Below, piece after piece: positions 23,401 through 30,897 of a stretch of 32,179 nt of DNA. Source of the DNA: Pseudovirgaria hyperparasitica (lineage: Eukaryota). The notes beneath the pieces are model-generated. The model made no database searches, had not been told where the DNA came from, and was given only the letters and a program-made list of their open reading frames with translations. The DNA lies in assembly GCA_010093815.1 (NCBI GenBank), contig ML996600.1. The stretch is one strand, 5' to 3'. Every line of letters begins with the position of its first letter. The first letter of the stretch is position 1. Position numbers and translations under genes: made by a program.

Positions 23401-24804
23401 TAAGGCAAGTACTTTTGACAGCACTCTTGCGTGTTCCTCCATGGTTTCGGAAAAGATAATGATATCGTCCAAGTATACAACCACGGATTTGTGTAATAGA
23501 GGTTGAAGGACTCTGTTCATCATCTTTTGGAATGTGGCAGGTGCGTTTGACAGACCGAACGGCATTACCTTGAACTCGTATTTGCCGTAGATCGTGTTGA
23601 AGGCGGTTTTCGGGACGTCTTCATTGTCAACACGTACTTGCCAGAATCCTGAGGTCAAATCCATCTTGGTAAACACGGTTGACTGGCCGAAGGCACGTAG
23701 GCACTCATCAATGCGTGGGAGAGGTGTCGTATCTTTACGCGTGAGTGTGTTGAGTGCCCTATAATCGATACACATTCGCCATTTGCCTCCGGGCTTGGGC
23801 ACGAAAAGTACTGGGCTGCCCCAGGCACTTCCTGATTCTTGAATCAGGCCTCGCTTGATTAGCTCCTGTATCTGTCTCTGTTGTTCTGCGATCTGTTCTA
23901 AGGAGAGACGATAGGCTGCGTTGTTGATAGGTCGGCCATCTCCTGTGTCTATTTTGTGGTCCCATTGTCTTGAAGGAGGTAGCCCTTCGGGCAGGTCTTC
24001 CTTGAAAACGTCCTTATACTTCGTCAAAACGGGTTGCAGTATTGGGTCAGGTGCATGCGGTACAGGAGGAGTGTCCTTTCTAACGAACCACATTACACCC
24101 TGTTCACAGCCGTTCGGGTATTGTTTCCGTGCTTGACTAGCAGTGAGGACGTTTAGCACTTGTTCTCCTTGTAAGTCAATGTCGATTGACGCAGGAATCC
24201 CTTTTAGAAGGTACTCCTTGGTTCGTCCTCGGGCTGCTGGCTTCTTAATTACTAGGGAATGAGACCTCCATGAGATATCGGGGTCCCATTCGTAGAGCCA
24301 TTCGTATCCTAGAATCAGATCGTAGCCTTTGAGGTCGAGCACTCTCGCGGAGACTTCGCAAGTGAAGCTTTCCATGCGTAGGGGGATCTTCACAACTTCT
24401 CGACTTGTCATGAGGGGTCCTGACGGAAGTTTGACACGTATTGCGGGAGCAGGTTGTGGCACCAGCTTCAGACGCCTGGCAACCTTCGTTGACATATACG
24501 TTCTATCAGCCCCACAGTCGATGAGTACTGAAACCTTCTGAGGGTGGACTTCTCCTGCGTAAGCTTTGAGTTCTAGCAACTGTCTGCCGATGGAGTTTAG
24601 TTGACAGAGGCGGTCGTCGACGGCGTGCGTCAACTCCTCTTGACACTGGCGAGCACTCTCTAGCGATTCGCAAAGCGCGTTAATGTGCTCGTAGTCCCAT
24701 GTGTTTACCTCCTTTTCATCGGAATTGTCAGTGCAGAAGCTCTCTTCGTCGCTCGTGGTGTGTTCTGTGTCCACTACGGGCGACTGGCTTTTGGGGGCTC
24801 TTCG
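20449..24804 (-). CDS. pol: Pol polyprotein (aspartic protease, RT, RNase H, integrase with GPY motif, acidic tail)
   Basis: Motifs are LIDCGAD (PR); WRMCIDYR, MPFGL and YLDDII (RT); ETDAS and HEKELLAI (RH); HRQFGH..CRQC, GIDF, SDNG and VERLN (IN); and YLGPYKV. The frame opens after TGA at 24807-24805 and has no ATG before the protease active site, so it is probably reached by frameshifting. Confidence 0.97.
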   Translation of the reverse strand, partial: RRAPKSQSPVVDTEHTTSDEESFCTDNSDEKEVNTWDYEHINALCESLESARQCQEELTHAVDDRLCQLNSIGRQLLELKAYAGEVHPQKVSVLIDCGADRTYMSTKVARRLKLVPQPAPAIRVKLPSGPLMTSREVVKIPLRMESFTCEVSARVLDLKGYDLILGYEWLYEWDPDISWRSHSLVIKKPAARGRTKEYLLKGIPASIDIDLQGEQVLNVLTASQARKQYPNGCEQGVMWFVRKDTPPVPHAPDPILQPVLTKYKDVFKEDLPEGLPPSRQWDHKIDTGDGRPINNAAYRLSLEQIAEQQRQIQELIKRGLIQESGSAWGSPVLFVPKPGGKWRMCIDYRALNTLTRKDTTPLPRIDECLRAFGQSTVFTKMDLTSGFWQVRVDNEDVPKTAFNTIYGKYEFKVMPFGLSNAPATFQKMMNRVLQPLLHKSVVVYLDDIIIFSETMEEHARVLSKVLALLREYRLLANPEKCSFGQAEVDFCGHHVSRGQLRPMKDKIQAIREWPEPTNVSEVRQFLGLANYYRRYIRGFTSIAAPLTDLLKEADPLIRKQKYRPIRWTLSTAFAFKTLKNALCSEPVLAQPDETKPFCIETDASNYAIGMVICQEDADKQNQPIAFDGRKLNGAELNYPVHEKELLAIKHALRTWGYLLGTKKTTILTDHHSLQFLKTAKEQGGRVGRWIDEFGSFDLDIKYRPGSRAVVPDAISRRPDFQGEISAMPSTKVDEHTLVAQIIEFLKGAEPTEHVLKVSPEILSRLRLDHEGKLRHKLWDFDDSQEDLSENSAPYIPEQYRTSLVETIHRQFGHFMWPGLLGALEKQGWWFRMKKDVEVVARNCRQCQLAQRVPPNPQHERQFHRVARRAPFEEWGIDFIGVLPTTHNGNSWVITAIDYTTGWPIAQAVPEATAESVARFIYEKIFIDFGPPAALTSDNGQQFLSRVVGALLRILKTEHKLTTPYHPRTNGKVERLNGTLGGILTRMCIGELVTNWDTYLPAAVFATRIRRHRSMGVSPYYLVYGQHPNLPGNIPGEKDESMSFDELIKRVKKVQHARTLALSELLVEAARRDLIDPTRLKPEDQARLPVGQIVLLKNEQKTKFKTNYLGPYKVHMQHPLGTYALETPNGRILRHLVHGNRLITARGIDKLEDFWTRQEIDSQMSEEIRNQVAPHSPDIEKVLEKEKPTLHWTTLSSLPKKEWNRLQQLRSQRELTYEGVRSFLVGESSIDANIARQIRLTDAKNRRKQKATTATSAAPVPIVFDEPRDTPEEQGENSGAMQPPIVNIERSYDAPRAEEAQTINENTADDPSNEIDMAEEATAEPIQDELPEETSSGDEFDDIRMDLDKNVQTENENPTSMDIDTDTEEVPKEVDEVTEQPLIDSDVPIRDLVESKPHMRKRKRSYTDERNRETQAAVASASRRVDRSEGERYSLRKKILPSKLLQESLDYN
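24748..24795 (-). other. Predicted -1 ribosomal frameshift signal (slippery C_CCA_AAA plus downstream hairpin)
   Basis: Heptamer 24795-24789 is in the gag frame, and a -1 slip gives CCC AAA AGC in the pol frame. Four nt downstream lies the stem GTCGC-c-CGT-a-GTG/CAC-c-ACG-a-GCGAC (24784-24748), which contains the gag stop. Confidence 0.75.
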
Positions 24805-26051
24805 TCAAAGACGCTTGCCGTGTCTCCCTCTGCGGTGACGTGGGCCAGTTTGCTTGGAGTCGGATTTTCGGGGCAGAATCTTGAGATGTGTCCTGTTTTC
24901 TTGCAGATAAAGCATTCTCGAGTCTCGTTAAGCGTTCTTGACGAATTTCCTTGGTATCTACCACGGCCTCGGCCTCGACTCCAGCCTCTGCCGCGGCCTC
25001 GGCTGTTCCACTGGCGCTTTACGAAGGCGTGGAGCTTGCCTTCGTCTCCAGAGAAGTCGCCTAGGTCATCATCGCGGGTGTATAAATCCTCAGGAGGCTC
25101 GAACTCTTCGGGTTCTTCGTCCTCGTCTGGATTATACATGGCATTAAGGCGATGATTAGCTTCCCGTCTGTGGTATTCGCTCTTGGAGTGGGTGTATAGG
25201 GCTTCTTCTAGCCTTTTTACCCATGGGCACCAGTCCCCTAGCATCTGAGGAGGAAAGGGCTGCTTTTCGATTTCTCGTTGAACCTCTGATTTGAGGGCAC
25301 TTAGTATCCTGCGTTGTATCTCGTATTCTGTAGGCATGGGTCGTAGTAGTCGAGCTTTCTCGACAATGACGTCGATGAGCCTCGAGGCAGACCCATAACG
25401 ATGTTGACTTAGGTTCTCCCATTCCTTTCGGCGTTGTTCTGGGCGATTGGTCGAGATGTACGTCTTGCGTATGACGTCTAGGAAGTCTCCTAGAGTTTGA
25501 GGACTACCCGGGCTATTACGGCCGCGTGCCTCCATGAGGCTACGCCAAAGGGTACGGACATGTTTTGAGGTATATGTCCCGCAGATTTGTAGTTTCTCAA
25601 AATCAGGTATAGCCTCTTGGCGTTCCACTGACTCTACGGTATTAATCCATTCCTGGATAGATAGGCACCATTCCTCGCAGGCGTCGTCCCTGATTTCTCC
25701 TGAGTATACTTCGGGGGCTCGAAGAGGGATGCGGCCTCTGCGTGGGGGCGCAACCGTTCCTGAGCGGCCGGGGTTATTGAGGAGGAGGTTGTCAAAGTCT
25801 CTTGCCAGTTCCTCCCGGGTGACGTGATCGTTCCTCACCTGTGACTCGAGTCGGTTGGCACATATGTTGATAAGTGCCACTGTACGAGCGTCTCCAGTGA
25901 GGTCTCTCGTGGCCGGATCGGCATCGAAGAGGGCGTTAAGCACGTCAACGGTTATTGACGGTGCGTTACGAGCGCGTCCTGTGCTCTGGGGAGCGGTTGC
26001 TCCATCCATGGGGACGTCGCCGTCACGATCAGGGTTCTGGGGAAGAGACAT
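24774..26051 (-). CDS. gag: Gag protein with RG-rich segment and CCHC zinc knuckle
   Basis: 425-aa ATG ORF directly upstream of pol, with PEVYSG, a capsid-like helical region, RGRGRGWSRGRGRGR and CFICKKTGHISRFC (CX2CX4HX4C). Confidence 0.95.
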   Translation of the reverse strand: MSLPQNPDRDGDVPMDGATAPQSTGRARNAPSITVDVLNALFDADPATRDLTGDARTVALINICANRLESQVRNDHVTREELARDFDNLLLNNPGRSGTVAPPRRGRIPLRAPEVYSGEIRDDACEEWCLSIQEWINTVESVERQEAIPDFEKLQICGTYTSKHVRTLWRSLMEARGRNSPGSPQTLGDFLDVIRKTYISTNRPEQRRKEWENLSQHRYGSASRLIDVIVEKARLLRPMPTEYEIQRRILSALKSEVQREIEKQPFPPQMLGDWCPWVKRLEEALYTHSKSEYHRREANHRLNAMYNPDEDEEPEEFEPPEDLYTRDDDLGDFSGDEGKLHAFVKRQWNSRGRGRGWSRGRGRGRYQGNSSRTLNETRECFICKKTGHISRFCPENPTPSKLAHVTAEGDTASVFDEEPPKASRP

Positions 26052-26600
26052 TTTGGTACAACTTGTTAGAGACAGGGGAATTCTGAGGTGGTGATCATCT
26101 TCCGAGTTGGAATTTGGTCGTCAACTTATGTTGACGAGTGGTTGGGAGGTACATTGCGGGTACAGGGAGCGTCAATGAAAAAAAATTCGTTTCCTTAGTC
26201 TTTGCTCGTTTTGTGATATGTCACTACCCGTTGTGACTATTGAACTGGTCGTCAAAGTTTGTTGCCGTAATTTGATTCTCTGAATAGTTGATGTTTCGGC
26301 AGGGATATCCCATCGTAGGCATGACTCGTTCTTATGGCGCGCCTGTATCCGCTGAGTTGTTGGAATTGTCGTCAAACGTTGTTGCCGTAATTTGTTTTTC
26401 CGGGACTATGGCATGTCCCTTCGTGGTAGTGTTTTTCCTGTTGGACTATAGGTTCCTTTGCCGTTGTCTTCGGCGGAGGTGTTTAATGTCGTGGGTGTCA
26501 ATTGCGTTTGACGAGTTGCCTCGTGTAAGGGGAGATATAGCTACCCCTTAGGAGGGGTCGCCGAGGCGACGGCCTCCCTAGGAGGACAAAAACCAGCTTT

Positions 26601-26609
26601 CAGCTACCA
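26601..26609 (-). other. Primer binding site, tRNA-iMet type
   Basis: Minus-strand TGGTAGCTG starts 2 nt after the 5' LTR. It is complementary to a tRNA 3' end ...CAGCUACCA and shares TGGTAGC with the iMet PBS of Ty1/Ty3. Confidence 0.75.
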
Positions 26610-26611
26610 GA

Positions 26612-26743
26612 TGTAGGAATTTAGGTAGATTTTACGTGGTAAACTTGATTGCCCGTTCTATCTAGTCTACTTATCTACTATATATACCTAGCCTACGCTG
26701 AGTAAGATTTGAGTAATGGGGATTATCTAATATGAATCCCACA
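26612..26743 (-). repeat. 5' LTR (132 bp)
   Basis: Direct repeat of 17537-17668 (131/132 identical), containing a TATATATA box and followed on the minus strand by the PBS. Confidence 0.97.
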
Positions 26744-27318
26744 TGAGGTAGCAGAGATGGTCACATGACAGAGCACTTTGGACGTCGATTTAGGCTAGTG
26801 GGCCCTGCGCTGAATCTACTGCAGGGAAAGTGAGACCGTTGATCGCCTACTGTAGCCAAGACGCAGGGGCTAGATTTGCGCAGCCCGCAGATTCTCCGAT
26901 AAGGCTTGCGCTGTCTAAAACGGTATATTAGACCCTGAGAAGCTCAACTCAAGAAATTCGTAGGCTCTGGCTTTGAATTAGGATTTGAGCACCGCGAAGA
27001 CAGATCTTGGACTGCAGCTCTCGGGATAGACTGTTCATACGCCAATCTACTGTGCATTGTAATTCTAAGTACACTGCTTAGATATAGTGGATGTTATCGG
27101 TCTCCCAAAGCAAGCCGTCGGTAGCAACGATTCCTTAATTCAGAGATTATAGGCTACGCAGAAGGTTCACGCAGATAAGATTAAGCGTGGGTATAGCTTA
27201 GACCGTTAGCTATCTATCCCGAGAGTATCATGCTCAGGCTGACGTTGTGGAATTTATTATCTGGTGTTGAAATTCTGCATCTCGGTACACAGGGAATCTC
27301 GCGACGTAGGGAGGGACG

Positions 27319-28157
27319 TTAAACTTCATCCTGCCTTCTAGATATGTGTTTTGACCCCGCACTTGAACTTGTCCTCCATTGAAGAATTGGGAAGACTAGT
27401 GTTGCTGGCAGTATAGATAGTGCTCGAAGAACCGTACGAATGGAGCTCGCATTACTTGAGAACCAAATAAGGATCAAGAGCGAGTCTCTCCGGTGCTGAC
27501 TGAGCATCAGTAGGGATGCGAGGACAACAATGACGTTTGCATAGACAAGTTCCAGCAGTGTGCCAGAAATGATACACATCATACCCATCTCTGCTGTCAC
27601 AGTGCAGATGAAGGAAAATGCACCCTCCGAAGGCATTTCTACCTTGCTAAGAACCATAAGCAGAGTTTTATATGGTCCACAGACGTACTAACTAGGCACA
27701 TAGCGTGATAAGGACTAAAAGCCGGCTGCTTGCGACAGCATATGGTAGGATACGAGGAATGGATAGCTGTCCTTTGTTGCCGTTGGTGGTAAGAGACTAT
27801 GCCTATGTTAGCTTTGTCGCCACTTGTCTGCGCATAGAGCTTTACCTGTCTCAAGGTACTGACGGTGAGGTGTGCTAGGCTCAGGTACCATATCATCTGA
27901 GAGTACTCAGGCTCATCAAGTATAAGATAGCTAAAAAGTGTGCTGAGCCCGCTGCAGGTCATGCAGATAGCTGCAAGTAACATATTGAGCATTGGCTGCA
28001 CGATTTTCAGCTGACTGGTCGCTGCGTGTCGGAATCGAAGGATGAGAGCCATTCCACACTGGATAAGCAGTAAGAGAAATAGAGAAGAATATACCATGCA
28101 ATCGAACACAGAACATAGAAAGAGCGGGCCGAACAGTATTGAGACATCTTGCGACAT
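27319..28157 (-). pseudogene. Multi-pass membrane protein gene or remnant (DUF6534-like fungal family suspected)
   Basis: It starts MSQDVSILFGPLFLCSVFDCMVYSS, with several hydrophobic helices spread over two overlapping frames. A likely intron donor GTAAAG follows TLRQ. I could not build a clean gene model. Confidence 0.35.
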
Positions 28158-29228
28158 GTTAGAACATCCTACAGGAAGTTGTCGGTGTTGCTTCTATCAA
28201 TCTTATAAGGACGAGTAACGTTGGGCTGTACATATCTGTACTATTATTAGAGCGGGCGTGGATTGCGCAGAGCGGGGCGGGGAGCGACGCAGTACCTTAC
28301 AGGCCGATATTAGGACCGCAGTCGATATATTTAGACGTCCCCTTGGACTAAAAAGCGAACGCTGCCCACTTCGAGCCGGGTAACAGATGCAAGATCCACG
28401 CGTATGCCAAACTTGGTAGCGACGTAGCGCTGTTCGTGATGAACCCAACCACTAAAGAGCTCTATAGCTACCGCTCGCGGAGAGACTTTCCTCCGGCAGA
28501 CTTAGAGACCTTGGTAAGTCGTGTTTGAGCGTTCTTAATCTAATAGAGTCGACTAATGCAACATATCTAGCTTCTGCGCCCAACTGCAAGAAATGTCCTC
28601 CTGGAAGACCTGGAGACAGCCAGCGCCGGCACCAAGCTCGCGAGAGCCAGCTTTGCAACCCCACCTCGACTTAGCGACGAGAAGGTTATGATTAGGAGGA
28701 AGAGTCGGGCTATAGCAAAAATGGCCAAGTCGTTTTTGCCGGAGCCGCCACGCCTTAGGTCAAAACCTACTTCTCGACCTACGTCGCTCACACTTGGTGG
28801 ATTTTTGTAGAGCTATCCTCGTTGTGGCAAATGTACGTCCAGGGTGTGCTATTCATTCAATGTGCCAAGACCGGTTCATTACGCGGATCGTATGTCACGC
28901 AAAAGCTCTTGCAGAATCACCCGCGAGGCCAAGTGGCCCAGCGAAAACGCCAGGACAATAGGCTCGCTCTCTTCCATCAAGAGACAGACCTCTGAAGAAC
29001 ACAGTCATTATGACGTGTGTCCAAGTATGGAGGCTCCTGAGCATACGATGAGGAATAGTATCATGTATCGACAAGTCACACGTGTATAACTCGGCCTCTA
29101 ATGTCAAGCTTCAAAAGAATGTGTGTTAGCTCGAACAGGATACCTGTGTGAGCAAAATGTACGCTGTCTACACCATACTGATGCTACCCGTTCTTATCGC
29201 AGCGTGAAAGAGTGCAAGGCGGTCAGAG

Positions 29229-29627
29229 TGACCTCACTTTTGAAGCTCTCCTCATATTCGATAGTGTCTGCCCATGCCGTGTTCTTCGTCTTGATCTGCC
29301 ACAGCCTTGCGATTGATCCGGGTGTCTACCTTGAGAGCTCTGTTGCATTGGCGGGCGATGCTCGCAGTCTCAAATGTTGGTGGCTCTAGGAGCGATTCGC
29401 AGCTGTCGTGGTCGGCAGGCCTGTGACGACCAAATATGTGGGACCGAAGACTCTCGAAACAACTTCTCCACTTACTCCCACGACGAGAAGGAGTTGTTGG
29501 GGAGATCCAGACGACAGGACAAATGCTTGCGGACTGGTATCGAGAAGAGTGTGGTTATATGTTCAACCTACTTCAAAGCTCAGCACGACGATTGCTTAGA
29601 TACAATCGCGCAATCTAAAAGTAGTAT
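29229..29627 (-). repeat. 399-bp dispersed repeat, copy 2 (inverted relative to 3338-3736)
   Basis: Colinear reverse-complement match to 3338-3736, running from TGACCTCAC to AAAAGTAGTAT. Confidence 0.9.
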
Positions 29628-29728
29628 CATTCCAACCGAAAGTGAGGATTCGACATAGACCGACCAGGCTGGATAGAGACTGCTTCGTTGGCTATTTTTA
29701 GTAAACTAAGACTACGCCTCGGTAAGAT

Positions 29729-29786
29729 CATGGCTCAGTAAGGGCATGGCTCAGTAAGGGCATGGCTCAGTAAGGGCATGGCTCAG
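29729..29786 (+). repeat. 16-bp tandem repeat CATGGCTCAGTAAGGG x3.6
   Basis: Three perfect units (29729-29776) plus a partial CATGGCTCAG. Confidence 0.95.
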
Positions 29787-30897
29787 CATATGAGTTTCGA
29801 TACTTTTAAGGTAAATTTTCTATGCTACAAGTTTAATTCCGTAAGGGATTATCTTTTAGTCAATCTTTTAGTAATATTTGGCAGTCTAATAAAAAGTTGA
29901 GTCCATTGGCATGGAAAGAATGCTCACTTCCCATGATCATGCCTGCTAACAACGATCTGACACCACATGTATTCTTTTCTCGCCTTGGTTAGTCCCCTGT
30001 CTGGTTAAGCTGCTTCTCCATTTTAGCACTTACTAAAGGCAGGCAGTAACATGGATTTTTATTTATATCCAGCTAAATCTAATGGATTCACGCCGAGGAA
30101 TTCGAGTCCGTTCTCCGCAGTAGCTGTGAGCGTTCTGCAATCGTTCCATGCTAGCTACTGCAATGTCTGATGCTCGCTGGATCGAGTCGCAATACGTACG
30201 ATACATGCGGATCTGCTGCGCCAAGTTCATGTTTTCCTCTACCAGCCTCTCTAAGGTCGTCGTATGCAGCTGTTCTCGACAGGAGTCTATCTCGGAGACG
30301 ATGCGCTCGATGTCTGTTGCTTTCCGCAGCATCTTTCAGGGCGATACTGTTGTTCACAGGATCGTTCGTGTCTCATAATGATAGCAGACATAAATACACT
30401 GCACTGGTTGTGGTCCGGCCCATGTTTCTTCCTGGTACTAAAAATAGCCGTAATGTGGAAGGGCGCTCAAGACGCTGCACAGTGCACACGTTGCGCCCCT
30501 GTCTATCTCCTAAGGGATGATGAGGTGTCATACATTCCGAACACCTGCACCGCGCAGTCTCAATGCACGCCCCAACCTCGTTCCCCTCTTAGGGCGGCTG
30601 AAGAAACAAGTGGACGTATTCATCGACAGAATGAACCCTCTGGCCAGTACAAAATCTCCACTCCCTGTTCCCGAGAACCCCTTAGACCATCGTCGACCGA
30701 AGAAAAGACAGAGAACGGATGTTGACGAGGGCAAGCCCACAGCCGTCCCGATCTACGCACGGCCTGCACGAAGCCATGTTCAGCCTCTAAAGGCAAAAAG
30801 GACCATACCAAATGCAATCATCATGCTCGTCCTTGCATTGGGTGCAGTTTCGCATGAAGATAATCCGATTAGGGGTGCCCTTAACCCTCGCAAGGAA

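Larger units (their letters stand above)
17704..26513. promoter_or_regulatory. Dispersed spaced-palindrome motif GTCAA-N6-TTGAC (15 perfect copies plus near-matches)
   Basis: Perfect copies start at 17705, 18819, 19600, 20223, 20355, 20530, 20860, 21161, 21673, 22606, 24175, 24629, 25944, 26120 and 26497. A regulatory role is inferred. Confidence 0.75.
17537..26743 (-). mobile_element. Full-length Ty3/Gypsy LTR retrotransposon (9207 bp, no chromodomain) carrying an antisense spliced accessory gene
   Basis: Two 132-bp direct repeats with TG..CA ends, a PBS, a PPT, and open gag and pol with domain order PR-RT-RH-IN. Confidence 0.97.

Noticed and set aside
24772..24776. Stop-codon readthrough or GTG initiation for pol
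   Set aside because: pol is in the -1 frame relative to gag, so readthrough cannot reach it. An in-frame slippery heptamer plus hairpin explains its expression better than a GTG start.
20621..26094. Plus-strand and alternate-frame ORFs overlapping gag and pol
   Set aside because: These are shadow ORFs of the long gag and pol frames with no recognisable motifs.
17704..26513. GTCAA-N6-TTGAC as simple RNA hairpins or a codon-usage artefact
   Set aside because: Stems of 5-6 bp are weak and would not need an invariant 6-nt spacer, and the motif occurs in introns, UTRs and different reading frames. An RNA-level role is not excluded, but a dsDNA site fits better.
29729..29786. Short repeat array as a CRISPR
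   Set aside because: The units are contiguous with no unique spacers, and the context is eukaryotic. It is a minisatellite.
30063..30897. Overlapping small ORFs, one with coiled-coil character
   Set aside because: Several frames compete on both strands and no family is recognisable, so there is not enough support to call a gene.
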